DNA of 64,000 nt from Candidatus Gottesmanbacteria bacterium GW2011_GWA2_43_14 (GCA_000999095.1 LCFP01000004.1:13429-77428); one strand, 5' to 3'; shown: positions 9,542-18,520, counted from the first letter of the stretch. Numbers and translations are program-made. Notes: generated from the sequence alone by a model not told the origin.

Positions 9542-10486
9542 TTATCCTTTCTCCAATCTGATACCCTCTTCGCCCAAAATGGCGTTTTCACAAGTTATTT
9601 TTCTTTGCCCGGTAAAGTGATTTATTATTTTTACATCCCTGTGGTAAGCTAAAAGATAACCCGCAGCACCCTTTTTCCCGCCTCCGCCCAGGATCTTGGC
9701 CGCGCCACCGATCTTTTCAATCTGTTTTATGAGAACGGAAACCCGTGTGCTGACTACTCCCATTTTTTCCAAAGTCCGACTGCCTGCTTTAATTGCCCCC
9801 ATAAACTCTGTTTCATCACCTTTTTTTAATGCTTCCGCCAGTTTTTTAGTCTCAAACTCATTCCGGTTGAATAATCGTTCATAAATCCCGGGCTGATTTT
9901 CGCGTCCTTCTCCAACAGCTGCCACCAGATCTTTGGTTGTTTCCTCGGGCTTTCCGGTATCCAAGAGATAAAAATTTCTTAATAGCTTCGTCCTTCTTAC
10001 CGGCAATTGCCAGATGCTCTTAAGATAAGTTAACTCCTTGCGAAACCAGATAATTCCTCCGAAGACAACCGCAGTATTATCAGCTCCGGATGGATTACCG
10101 TGAATAACTTTCTCCGATTCAAAGGCTAACCGGTTGGTGAGTTCCGGGTTCCAAATTTTTTTCAGAAAATAGAGGCACCCGGCAATTACCGCGGCGGCGG
10201 TAGCTGCCGAAGAACCAAGATGGTATCCCTTTTTTAATTGTGAAGTCACTTTTACGGAGAGGGGCGGTATAGATTCAGTCTTTAAATGTTGACTGACCAA
10301 ACTGAGAATGTTCGCGACAAATTGTTTATCCTCAGCTTCAATATGGTGCTCCGAAGACCGGGCCTCTGATACAGTCGCATAAACACGTTTGTTAATCGCC
10401 GCCAGAAGTGCCGGTTTACCGTAAACAACAGCGTGTTCACCCAAAAGGTATATTTTGCCGGGAACTGAAACTGTTATGGAAGCCAT
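9542..10486 (-). CDS. GHMP kinase, mevalonate-kinase-like (copy 1)
   Basis: YLLGEHAVVYGKPAL and HLGSSAATAAAV motifs. Confidence 0.7.
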   Translation of the reverse strand: MASITVSVPGKIYLLGEHAVVYGKPALLAAINKRVYATVSEARSSEHHIEAEDKQFVANILSLVSQHLKTESIPPLSVKVTSQLKKGYHLGSSAATAAAVIAGCLYFLKKIWNPELTNRLAFESEKVIHGNPSGADNTAVVFGGIIWFRKELTYLKSIWQLPVRRTKLLRNFYLLDTGKPEETTKDLVAAVGEGRENQPGIYERLFNRNEFETKKLAEALKKGDETEFMGAIKAGSRTLEKMGVVSTRVSVLIKQIEKIGGAAKILGGGGKKGAAGYLLAYHRDVKIINHFTGQRKITCENAILGEEGIRLEKG

Positions 10487-10489
10487 AAA

Positions 10490-10792
10490 TCAGATTAGTG
10501 GTTTGAATTTAATACCATATGGAATTATGCCTTCATCGCCGGCACTGCGGGTCCTGCGAAGTACTGTCACAACCTTTTGGCCGACGCGCAAGTTTTTTTT
10601 ATCATAATCAACCAGTTGTGCAGTATAACGGCGGCCGCTTTCCAATTTTACGATGGCAACCACGTATGGCGCCTGGCTTTCAAATCCCTGAGGCGGCACA
10701 AAAACCTGGGTGAAACTCACAATGTTGCCGTTTTGGTTGAGAATTTCCCTGATTTTCTTCTGATTGCGCCAAATTTTAACGGGTGAAATCAT
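10490..10792 (-). CDS. DUF35 OB-fold/zinc-ribbon protein, the partner of archaeal-type thiolase and HMG-CoA synthase
   Basis: About 100 aa with an OB-fold pattern, located directly downstream of thiolase and HMGS. This is the conserved archaeal trio arrangement. Confidence 0.55.
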   Translation of the reverse strand: MISPVKIWRNQKKIREILNQNGNIVSFTQVFVPPQGFESQAPYVVAIVKLESGRRYTAQLVDYDKKNLRVGQKVVTVLRRTRSAGDEGIIPYGIKFKPLI

Positions 10793-10797
10793 CCTGC

Positions 10798-11934
10798 TTA
10801 TTTTTTCAGAATATGAATAACTGCTGTTGCTCCGCTGCCCCCGATATTATGGGTTAAACCTAAATCAGCCCCCGGTACCTGTTTTTTGCCTGAAATACCT
10901 TTCAGTTGCTGGTAAACTTCCACCAGCTGTTTAACGCCGGTGGCACCAACCGGGTGACCGGCTGCTTTTAGTCCGCCTGACGTATTGACGACTAGCCTGT
11001 TATTTCCCAGTTGAGTCTTACCCTTTTCTATGGCGCTGGCTGCCTCACCTTTCGGAAAAAAACCAAGATCTTCCATGGCTATGATTTCGGCAATGGAAAA
11101 ACAATCATGGACCTCAGCCACCTTGATATCTTCAGGTTTTACTCCCGCCTCCTGATATGCTTTATTTGAAGCTGAAACAGCAGCTTTCAGCGTGGTTAAG
11201 TCGAGTCTTTGGGCCAAGCCCAGGCTGTCGGTGGCAGCTTGGGAAGCGCTGATTATTATCCCTTTTTTAAGCGGTTTAGATGACAGTATAAGAGCTGCAG
11301 CTCCGTCAGTAATCGGAGAGCAATCCAAAATTTTTAAAGGACTGGCCACCACCGGGCTTTCCATGACCATCTGCCGGGTAATCCTGTTTGTAAACTGGGC
11401 ATGCGAGTTGAGTGAGGCGTGAAAATGATTTTTTACCGAAACCTCGGCCATGGCTGCCTCGGTTGTTCCGTATTTAAGCATATGGGCGCGGGCAATAAGA
11501 GCATAAAGTGCCGGAAAGGTTGCACCTGCCTCACGTTCTCCTTCTGAACCGGCCCCCATAAGAGCCGCTGCCACAGCTTCCGGTTTGTGATCGGTCATTT
11601 TCTCAACTCCCACAACCAGCACGTTTTTATATTGCCCGGATTTAATTGCCAGGTAAGCCAAATGTGCGGCCATCCCCCCGGAAGCACAAGCAGCCTCGAT
11701 TTTTACCGCCGGTACACTTAAACCCAATTCTTCACTGAAAAAAGCCCCGAGATGATCCTGACCGCCTAAAGACGATGAAAGCATATTGCCGACAAAAACG
11801 GCCTCGATTTTATCCAATGCAAACCCGGCTTCATCAGCTGCAGCCAAGGCCACCTCTTTTACTAAATTTCTTGGGGAAACATCCCACAATTCACCGAATT
11901 TGGAAGTAACTCCTGACAATATCGTTACAGGCAT
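10798..11934 (-). CDS. Thiolase (acetyl-CoA C-acetyltransferase), archaeal type
   Basis: Thiolase-fold regions with active-site Cys and His. The protein ends in GGSGATAV, as thiolases do. Confidence 0.8.
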   Translation of the reverse strand: MPVTILSGVTSKFGELWDVSPRNLVKEVALAAADEAGFALDKIEAVFVGNMLSSSLGGQDHLGAFFSEELGLSVPAVKIEAACASGGMAAHLAYLAIKSGQYKNVLVVGVEKMTDHKPEAVAAALMGAGSEGEREAGATFPALYALIARAHMLKYGTTEAAMAEVSVKNHFHASLNSHAQFTNRITRQMVMESPVVASPLKILDCSPITDGAAALILSSKPLKKGIIISASQAATDSLGLAQRLDLTTLKAAVSASNKAYQEAGVKPEDIKVAEVHDCFSIAEIIAMEDLGFFPKGEAASAIEKGKTQLGNNRLVVNTSGGLKAAGHPVGATGVKQLVEVYQQLKGISGKKQVPGADLGLTHNIGGSGATAVIHILKK

Positions 11935-12968
11935 TAAATTTTTCCCCTGAATTTTAAGTAGTCAAGATAACTGATATATTTTTTTCTGTATTGGCGTTCT
12001 TGATAATTTGCTCCATTCCGCTTTTTTCCTGCATTTTTTGTCATGCGTAAAACCAAACCGTCAGAACCGGCGCCCGATCCGTAGGAAACCAGGAAAATCA
12101 AATCGTTTTGCTGCGCCTGGTCCAATGCCGCAGCAAGACCGATCAGCGAAGATGCCGTGTAAGGATTACCTATATCTTTTACTATTAGAGACGCGGCCGT
12201 CTGTTCTTCGGTAAAACCCAGTCTTTTTGCCGCTTCTTTGGGAAACTTGCCGTTGGGCATATGGAAAACGGCAAAACGGAAATCACGGGCTGTAAGTTTG
12301 CTTTTTTCAAAAAGCTGCCTGCCGCAATTTTCCACATGCGAAAAATAAGCTGGTTCACCGGTAAACCTGCCTCCATGACTGGGAAATCGGACGCCGTCCC
12401 TGCGCCAGAAATCAGGAGTGTCGGAAGAATATGAAGTAATTGCCACTATGTCAGCTATAGCTTTATGTTTTGTTCCTAATATAAAAGCTGCCGCTCCTGA
12501 AGCTGCCGTATATTCCAAAATATCGTGGGGTTTGGCCTGAGCGCAATCACTGCCAACAGCCATGGCGGTCGAAAAAGTACCTGATGAAATCATGGCAGCC
12601 AACGAAATCAAAGCCGTCGTGCCGGCTTTACAGGCAAATTCAAGATCAGTAGCCAGGTATGAATGACCAATTCCCAAAAATTCGCCTAAAATAGTCGATG
12701 TAGGATTGACGGCATAGGGATGGCTTTCAGAACCAACCATCAACGCTTCGATTTTGCCGGGATTTATTCCGGCATCAAGTAATGCGTCAAGAGAAGCCTG
12801 GTAAGCCATCGTCACAGCATCTTCATCCATGGCTGCGACCGACTTTTGGCTTATGCCGAGGGATCTCTCAATATCTGAAGCCAGTTTACCCCAAACCGGG
12901 GCAATTTCCGCTGTTTTGATTCTGTAATAAGGTAAATATAGACCGTATCCTAATATGCCTGCATCCAT
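11934..12968 (-). CDS. Hydroxymethylglutaryl-CoA synthase, archaeal type
   Basis: Condensing-enzyme fold with the catalytic Cys in the GxxxCxAG context, and an HMGS-like C-terminus. Lies in the mevalonate operon. Confidence 0.8.
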   Translation of the reverse strand: MDAGILGYGLYLPYYRIKTAEIAPVWGKLASDIERSLGISQKSVAAMDEDAVTMAYQASLDALLDAGINPGKIEALMVGSESHPYAVNPTSTILGEFLGIGHSYLATDLEFACKAGTTALISLAAMISSGTFSTAMAVGSDCAQAKPHDILEYTAASGAAAFILGTKHKAIADIVAITSYSSDTPDFWRRDGVRFPSHGGRFTGEPAYFSHVENCGRQLFEKSKLTARDFRFAVFHMPNGKFPKEAAKRLGFTEEQTAASLIVKDIGNPYTASSLIGLAAALDQAQQNDLIFLVSYGSGAGSDGLVLRMTKNAGKKRNGANYQERQYRKKYISYLDYLKFRGKI

Positions 12969-12987
12969 CTTGCTGATTTAAATATTT

Positions 12988-14136
12988 TTACTTGCCTCCT
13001 CTGGCAAGCAATCGGTGTGCCTTACCCAAACTTCCTGCGGCTATAGCTGACAATAAAGAAATTTCCCCGGCTAAAACAGCACCTCCAATAATTTCCGCAA
13101 ACTGTTGCGCTCTTTTGCCGGAGTCCCCTCCGGCTGATCCCAAAAGTAACAAGCTGGCCTTTTGTGAAGGCAGATATGTGCCTCCGCCAATCGTACCTAC
13201 GGGAAGATCCGGTAGATAAATACTGACCAATAGCTTTCCGTTTACGAATTTGGTCGAGGTTATACCCAAGCTTCCTTCGCTGACATGGGCGATATCCTGT
13301 CCGGTAGCCAGAAAAATAGCCGCGATAATATTGGCAAAATGTGCGTTAAATCCCAGAGAAGCGCTTATCATCGAACCCTTCAGATTTTTTTCCAGATTTA
13401 CCTCATGAATAAGCTCGGGAGTCGTTTTCAATATATGCCTGACTGTTTGCTTATCCAATAGTGTTTCTGCCCAAACCTCACGGCCGCGGCCAAGAAGAAA
13501 ATTTAAAAAAGAAGGCTTCTTATCGGTATCGAAATTAGCCGCCACAGCCAAACACTTAAAACCTGTATCGTTCTCAACCATGCGGATAATAGCTTCAGTT
13601 GCGAAAGTCACCATGTTCATACCCATCGCATCTTCCGTATCATAGCTGAATCTGATATACACATTAGTACCGAAATACTTGATAAACGTCCCGTTTAACC
13701 GCAAATGACCGGAGGTTTGTTCAGCTACAGCTTGCATCTTTGTAAAATTTTTACCCAACCACTCCTTAAGTTTCCTGCTTTCAATAATTCCTCCTGTTAT
13801 AAAAAGTGAGCCTCTGGTAATACCGGTATTTTCACTAGTCACCCGGACGCCCCCGGCTCTAGTTATTGCTTTACAGCCACGATTTACCGAAGCCACCAAA
13901 GCTCCTTCTGTTGTTGCCAGCGGCAGATAATACTCACTCATACCGTTGTCTCTGATAATTTTTAAAGGCCCGGCAATCCCTATTGGGACTTGGACCGCAC
14001 CGACCATATTTTCACAGTTCTTTTCTTCTGCCTGAGAAAAGCCAGGCGGATAAAAAGCATAATCAACCAGGGAAAGACCTGTTTTTTTCTCTAAATACTG
14101 GCGTCTTTTTTCTATTGTTTTTATCTTTCTTAGCAT
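12988..14136 (-). CDS. HMG-CoA reductase, class I
   Basis: DAMGMNMV catalytic motif, GTIGGGT and ENxIG-like motifs. About 382 aa. Confidence 0.85.
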   Translation of the reverse strand: MLRKIKTIEKRRQYLEKKTGLSLVDYAFYPPGFSQAEEKNCENMVGAVQVPIGIAGPLKIIRDNGMSEYYLPLATTEGALVASVNRGCKAITRAGGVRVTSENTGITRGSLFITGGIIESRKLKEWLGKNFTKMQAVAEQTSGHLRLNGTFIKYFGTNVYIRFSYDTEDAMGMNMVTFATEAIIRMVENDTGFKCLAVAANFDTDKKPSFLNFLLGRGREVWAETLLDKQTVRHILKTTPELIHEVNLEKNLKGSMISASLGFNAHFANIIAAIFLATGQDIAHVSEGSLGITSTKFVNGKLLVSIYLPDLPVGTIGGGTYLPSQKASLLLLGSAGGDSGKRAQQFAEIIGGAVLAGEISLLSAIAAGSLGKAHRLLARGGK

Positions 14137-14138
14137 AA

Positions 14139-14759
14139 TTAAATAAAGGGTATCCGGAAAATTCCTGATTTATATAAAATGAAGCTGTAAATAAAGACTA
14201 CCGGTACTATCAAAAGTTGTGTTAGGCAAATCCTGGCCAGGTCAAGTTTCAACCCGAAACGGAGTGTTAAATAATACAGAATAAGTTTCCAGGACAATAA
14301 AGTCAACGAATAGGTTATAAAAATTATACTCAGGATACCTCCCGGGACTGACCAGGTCCTTGGGGGAGGAATAAGTCGGTACAATAAAGCAGTTGCTATA
14401 AACCAAAGAAGTGTCGGCCATAAACTATAACTCCAAAGAACAGTAAGACGTAAAAGGCTGAAATTGCCCACTTGCCAAAGCTTGCCGGTCAGATAAAACA
14501 AAAAAAGCATCAGGATAATGCCTCCGGCCGTCCCGAACAGCAATAGGTTAAACCTGACTGTAAGCAGGTAGGGGTTTTCCATGCCCAATCTGATTATCGA
14601 GCTTGATAAAAAGAAAAAGATTACAAGCAGATAAATATAAATTGTTTGCTGGGTGAAAATTTTATCCCCGTGCGCCAGGTGACGGTAGGTATGGTAGGGC
14701 TCCTTGATTATACCGAAGCTGTTGCGCAGGAAAAAAACAAATGATGTAATCGGCCTCAT
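14139..14759 (-). CDS. Polytopic membrane protein, unknown function
   Basis: Several hydrophobic helices. Co-directional and overlapping with the sigma/anti-sigma pair. Confidence 0.4.
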   Translation of the reverse strand: MRPITSFVFFLRNSFGIIKEPYHTYRHLAHGDKIFTQQTIYIYLLVIFFFLSSSIIRLGMENPYLLTVRFNLLLFGTAGGIILMLFLFYLTGKLWQVGNFSLLRLTVLWSYSLWPTLLWFIATALLYRLIPPPRTWSVPGGILSIIFITYSLTLLSWKLILYYLTLRFGLKLDLARICLTQLLIVPVVFIYSFILYKSGIFRIPFI

Positions 14760-14998
14760 GGATAAAAAGCTCCCAGCTGGAGAATGGAGGCCAGTCTGAT
14801 GAGATAGGAGCCAAAAACAATAAAAGCGATAAAAGTCGCTGCCAGAGATAGAAAAACAAGACTTTTTAACGGGTATTCCTTGAAAACGGGTACGATCCTT
14901 TTATAAAGAGGAGTAAAAAGACCCATTTGCTGAGGCGGCACAAAAGCAATTTCCTGCATTTTGGCTACCATCATACGATACAGTTTGTCATTCTCCAT
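14756..14998 (-). CDS. Putative single-pass anti-sigma factor. Start chosen at MENDK; the ORF track extends it to 15109.
   Basis: Small protein with a cytoplasmic N-terminus and one TM helix, immediately downstream of the sigma factor and overlapping its stop by about 11 nt. Confidence 0.3.
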   Translation of the reverse strand: MENDKLYRMMVAKMQEIAFVPPQQMGLFTPLYKRIVPVFKEYPLKSLVFLSLAATFIAFIVFGSYLIRLASILQLGAFYP

Positions 14999-15551
14999 AA
15001 GCGTAATATGAGGCAAAGGCCTTCCTGGCCCGGAAAAGCTGGCTTTCCGCACTTTTAAAGGTAATTGAAAGTTTTTCAGCAATTTCTTCAACTGAATAGC
15101 CGTAAACATATTTCAGCTTTAAAATTACCTGATAGGTAGGCGTCAATTTCCTGAAAGTCTGTTTAATCCTTTGCTTCAGGATTTCTTCATCCAGTATTTC
15201 CTCGGGACCGAAAATGGTAGAAAGTAATGGTTCGAAGCCTTCAAATTTCGAAAAAACGATTTTTTGAATTTTTTTCCTGCGGTAAAAATCAATGATTTTA
15301 TGGTTGGCAATTGAACAAACAAATGTAAACAGGGAGCATTTAAAGGAAAAGTCCCTCAAAGCCTCAATCGTTGCCAAAAGCGAATCCTGGAGGATTTCCT
15401 CGATGTCTTCTTTTGTGTTAATTTTTTTACTGATATAAGTATAAAGCGAAGGGTGATATTTCTTATAAAAACTGGTCAGGGCAGCCTCATCACCCCTGAG
15501 GATTTGATATACAATCTTTCTTTCAGTTTTAAGGTCGGGGCTTCTTTTCAT
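14988..15551 (-). CDS. RNA polymerase sigma-70 family (ECF-type) sigma factor
   Basis: Region 2 (HPSLYTYISKK...DIEEILQDSLL) and a region 4 helix-turn-helix (YGYSVEEIAEKLSITFKSAESQLFRARK). Confidence 0.75.
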   Translation of the reverse strand: MKRSPDLKTERKIVYQILRGDEAALTSFYKKYHPSLYTYISKKINTKEDIEEILQDSLLATIEALRDFSFKCSLFTFVCSIANHKIIDFYRRKKIQKIVFSKFEGFEPLLSTIFGPEEILDEEILKQRIKQTFRKLTPTYQVILKLKYVYGYSVEEIAEKLSITFKSAESQLFRARKAFASYYAYGE

Positions 15552-15594
15552 ATAAACTTAGTCGCAATCATCATCAGTAATCCTTTATCCGCAT

Positions 15595-15623
15595 ATTATA
15601 ATTCCTGACAGGCTATTTGACAA
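15595..15623 (-). promoter_or_regulatory. Sigma-70-like promoter for the ECF sigma gene: TTGTCA, 17-nt spacer, TATAAT
   Basis: On the minus strand, -35 TTGTCA lies at 15618-15623 and a perfect -10 TATAAT at 15595-15600, about 44 nt upstream of the start. Confidence 0.4.
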
Positions 15624-15652
15624 AAGACTCTTCACCTCTTTACACTTAAGTT

Positions 15653-15961
15653 ATGCAGCTGGCCCAGGTTTCAATTGCAGAAAAATATCCACCGGCGAAA
15701 AACTTCCCCACACTCGCCTCTATCATTTCCTCATTCTTACCGAATCTGTTGATCATTGCCGGGGTTATATTTTTCATTCTGACGATTGTCGCGGGCTTCG
15801 TGGTCATCTCTACTGCCGGCCAGGGCGATCCCCACGGTGCGGAACGGGCAAAGTCTTTTCTTACTTATTCCGTTATCGGACTTTTCCTGATTTTTGCTTC
15901 ATACTGGATTTTACAGATAATTAATTACATTTCATTCGGTTCCATGAAAGGATTATTCTGA
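15653..15961 (+). CDS. Small two-helix membrane protein, pilin-like paralog 1 (VirB2/TrbC-like)
   Basis: Layout is TM helix, then AGQGDP, then a second TM helix. It shares the GGD(P/K) core with the three downstream paralogs. Confidence 0.5.
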   Translation: MQLAQVSIAEKYPPAKNFPTLASIISSFLPNLLIIAGVIFFILTIVAGFVVISTAGQGDPHGAERAKSFLTYSVIGLFLIFASYWILQIINYISFGSMKGLF

Positions 15962-16311
15962 TGGCTCTTCCGGCAGATGTGATTGGCAAAATTTCTCCCC
16001 TACCCGGCATGCCGGTCGGCATAAACCCCACCACGGGTGAACTGACGGGCCTCGTCACCATGATGAATGTCATCCTCCGGCTTCTTCTGATCGTGGGGGG
16101 GATTTGGGCATTGTTCAACATCGTCTTAGCCGGCATGGGTTTTATAGGTGCCGGCGGAGATCCGAAAAAAGTGGCTTCCTCCTGGGCTAAAATCTATTGG
16201 TCCTTTATCGGCTTGCTTATCATGGTTTCCGCCTTTCTCCTGGCAGCCATAATCGGTATCATGCTCTTCGGCAACCCGACAGCCATTTTATCTCCCAAAC
16301 TGACAAAATGA
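15961..16311 (+). CDS. Pilin-like paralog 2 (VirB2/TrbC-like)
   Basis: FIGAGGDPKKVASSWAKIYWSFIGLLIMV flanked by hydrophobic helices. Start and stop overlap with the neighbouring paralogs. Confidence 0.55.
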   Translation: MALPADVIGKISPLPGMPVGINPTTGELTGLVTMMNVILRLLLIVGGIWALFNIVLAGMGFIGAGGDPKKVASSWAKIYWSFIGLLIMVSAFLLAAIIGIMLFGNPTAILSPKLTK

Positions 16312-16742
16312 TATTGATATTTTTGTTCATTTCAATTCTTCTTTTTCAATCCCCTCCCTCTGTTTATGCTGCTCCCAGCAATTGTCTGGGGGGCGGTGAA
16401 GGGTTGGGACCGTTTGCCAAATTCCTTTGCGGAGGCGTAGGAGTGACGACTGATGCCGTCGGCAACAGACTCAACTCTGTCATCAGCGCTATCCTGGGCT
16501 TATTAACTGTTATAGCCGGTTTATGGTTTCTGATCCAGTTTATTCTCGCCGGTTTTAATTGGATCAATGCCGGAGGAGACAAGAATAATGCCCAGGCGGC
16601 CTGGCAGAAAATGACCAATGCCGTTGTCGGACTCATTATAGTCGTTTTTGCCTGGGTATTTGTGGCTTTGATCGGTAAACTGCTCAATATAAATATCCTT
16701 GATCCCGGAGATATGTTAAAAAATTTAAAAATAACAGGCTAA
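16308..16742 (+). CDS. Pilin-like paralog 3, carrying a cleavable signal peptide and a Cys pair. Start chosen at MILIFLF.
   Basis: The signal peptide ends VYA-AP. Then CLGGGEG..FLCGG, a TM helix, NWINAGGDKNNAQAAWQKM, and a second TM helix. ATGA overlap with paralog 2. Confidence 0.55.
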   Translation: MILIFLFISILLFQSPPSVYAAPSNCLGGGEGLGPFAKFLCGGVGVTTDAVGNRLNSVISAILGLLTVIAGLWFLIQFILAGFNWINAGGDKNNAQAAWQKMTNAVVGLIIVVFAWVFVALIGKLLNINILDPGDMLKNLKITG

Positions 16743-17093
16743 ATGGAAAAAGTATTGCTGGCACAAATTAAAAATCCGGTTGTACCGAGCTTAAAAAATC
16801 CCAATAATGCTCCGCAAATTATCGGCAAATTTTTTGCCGGGTTTGTGGCATTACTGCTGATTGTCGCTACCCTCTGGTCTTTTTTTAATCTGATTTTGGG
16901 AGCATTTAACTGGATTTCCTCAGGAGGGGACAAGGGCAAACTGGAAACCGCCCAACAGAAGATGCTGCAGGCGGTAATCGGGTTAATCCTGGTTTTTGCT
17001 TCATGGGCAATTTTTATCGTGCTACTCCAGTTTTTGGGATTGTCTCAGGGTCTGGGAGGTAAAATCGAGTTTAAACTACCTACGCTTCTTTAA
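16743..17093 (+). CDS. Pilin-like paralog 4 (VirB2/TrbC-like)
   Basis: NWISSGGDKGKLETAQQKMLQAVIGLILVFASW between two hydrophobic helices. It begins immediately after the stop of paralog 3. Confidence 0.55.
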   Translation: MEKVLLAQIKNPVVPSLKNPNNAPQIIGKFFAGFVALLLIVATLWSFFNLILGAFNWISSGGDKGKLETAQQKMLQAVIGLILVFASWAIFIVLLQFLGLSQGLGGKIEFKLPTLL

Positions 17094-17925
17094 CGCTTCC
17101 CCACTCCTTAATGGCTTTTTCGTATGATTTCGGCGTCCCGATATCCGTAAAGCGTCCGCTGAAGGGAAAAGCGGCCAATTGCCTGAGTTTGGCTAAGGTG
17201 GTAAATATGTCTTCCAGCTGCGCCGGTCCTTTTTTGGGCAAATATGAGAAAATGCCTTTCTCCAAAATATATAAACCGCAGCTGATGAGTTGTGATTTTT
17301 GCATGCCCTTTTCAGGTTTTTCTATAAATTGGGTGATTTTAGTGCCATTCATGACCACCTCCCCGTAGCTTGAAGGGTCAAGAACAGTGGTGACGGCGAT
17401 CGTGCCTAAAACATCGTTATTTTTATGGAAGGCGATCATGTCGCTGAGGTTTATATCGATCAGGATGTCACCGTGAACCACAAAAAAGGAGTCGTCGTTC
17501 AAATATTTTTTAACCAAAATCAAAGCACCGCCGGTTCCGGCTGATTCTTTTTCCCTGATATAGTCTATTTTGACTCCGAATTTCCTGCCGTCTCCGAAGT
17601 ATTCCTGGATTTTCTCACCCAGGTGTCCGATCGAAAAAAGCAGATGTCTGACTTCATATTCACGGAGCAGTTCAATCACTTTTTCCAGAATCGGTTTGCC
17701 TCCGACCGGAAACAGTCCTTTGGGCATTTCGAAAGTAAATGGCCGCATATTGACGCCGCTGCCGCCAGCTAAAATAACCGCCTGGTTGACAGTCGGAGTC
17801 AGGCTTCGGGATATTAGTGTTTCTATGGCATGGGAACGGTTCCTGAGATCGGTTCCGTCGATTAAAGCATCCACTTTGCTTAAAATCGATTTTTTGAGCG
17901 TTATCGTCAGTCTTTCCCTGTCCAT
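17080..17925 (-). CDS. Sugar-phosphate nucleotidyltransferase with an N-terminal ribbon-helix-helix extension
   Basis: ILAGGSGVNMRP G-loop of the NTP_transferase family. The preceding 45 aa (LTITLKKSILSKVDALID...) looks like a CopG/Arc RHH. Confidence 0.65.
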   Translation of the reverse strand: MDRERLTITLKKSILSKVDALIDGTDLRNRSHAIETLISRSLTPTVNQAVILAGGSGVNMRPFTFEMPKGLFPVGGKPILEKVIELLREYEVRHLLFSIGHLGEKIQEYFGDGRKFGVKIDYIREKESAGTGGALILVKKYLNDDSFFVVHGDILIDINLSDMIAFHKNNDVLGTIAVTTVLDPSSYGEVVMNGTKITQFIEKPEKGMQKSQLISCGLYILEKGIFSYLPKKGPAQLEDIFTTLAKLRQLAAFPFSGRFTDIGTPKSYEKAIKEWGSVKEA

Positions 17926-17964
17926 CTTTACTTTAATTTTAATTTTTCAAGAGCTGATATTCAA

Positions 17965-18468
17965 TCAGGTATGTCTGTCGGCTACTTTGGAAGCACCGTA
18001 GGAATACGGCTTTGTTTTTACGGAATAACCGCTGCTTCGGATCATACCGACAACCTCACTGATCATTTCCTTGGTTTTGCCGACAGAGCCTATATCCACA
18101 TGGATTTCTATATCATATTTGGTAAAACCGTCGTTACTTAGGACCGTCAGAATTTCCTCGGCGCATATCAGAGATAAAGCTGCCTCCTGGAAAATTCTGG
18201 TTTTTAAAAAGTATTTTTTTTCATCAATTATTCTTTTCCAAAAGTAAATGCCCCCGAAACCAACACGATGGATGACAATAGCCGTGATAAAATCGACTCC
18301 GTGACCGTTTTTTGGTTGTGAATCAGTACCGATTATCAGACGGTATTCAGCGCCGGAACCCTTTTCCATAAAAGCCAAAGCCCTGCGGCGTAAAAGGGGT
18401 AAAGTCAGTAAACCATAGGAAGGACTGTAGTAATTATTCAAGTTGTTACCAAACCCGTTTGTTTTCAT
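17965..18468 (-). CDS. Hypothetical protein, possibly RNase H-like fold
   Basis: LIIGTDSQ...VDFITAIVIHR pattern only, so the assignment is weak. Confidence 0.3.
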   Translation of the reverse strand: MKTNGFGNNLNNYYSPSYGLLTLPLLRRRALAFMEKGSGAEYRLIIGTDSQPKNGHGVDFITAIVIHRVGFGGIYFWKRIIDEKKYFLKTRIFQEAALSLICAEEILTVLSNDGFTKYDIEIHVDIGSVGKTKEMISEVVGMIRSSGYSVKTKPYSYGASKVADRHT

Positions 18469-18520
18469 TTTTCTGCTTCGGATTGTACCACAGAAATGTT
18501 TTTTTTATAAGCTTCCTCCC

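Noticed and set aside
15617-15645. Plus-strand TTGACA at 15617, which could be the -35 of a promoter for the first pilin-like gene
   Set aside because: The downstream -10 candidate (TTACAC) is poor. The same sequence forms the -35 of the convincing minus-strand sigma promoter. The pilin promoter is left unassigned.
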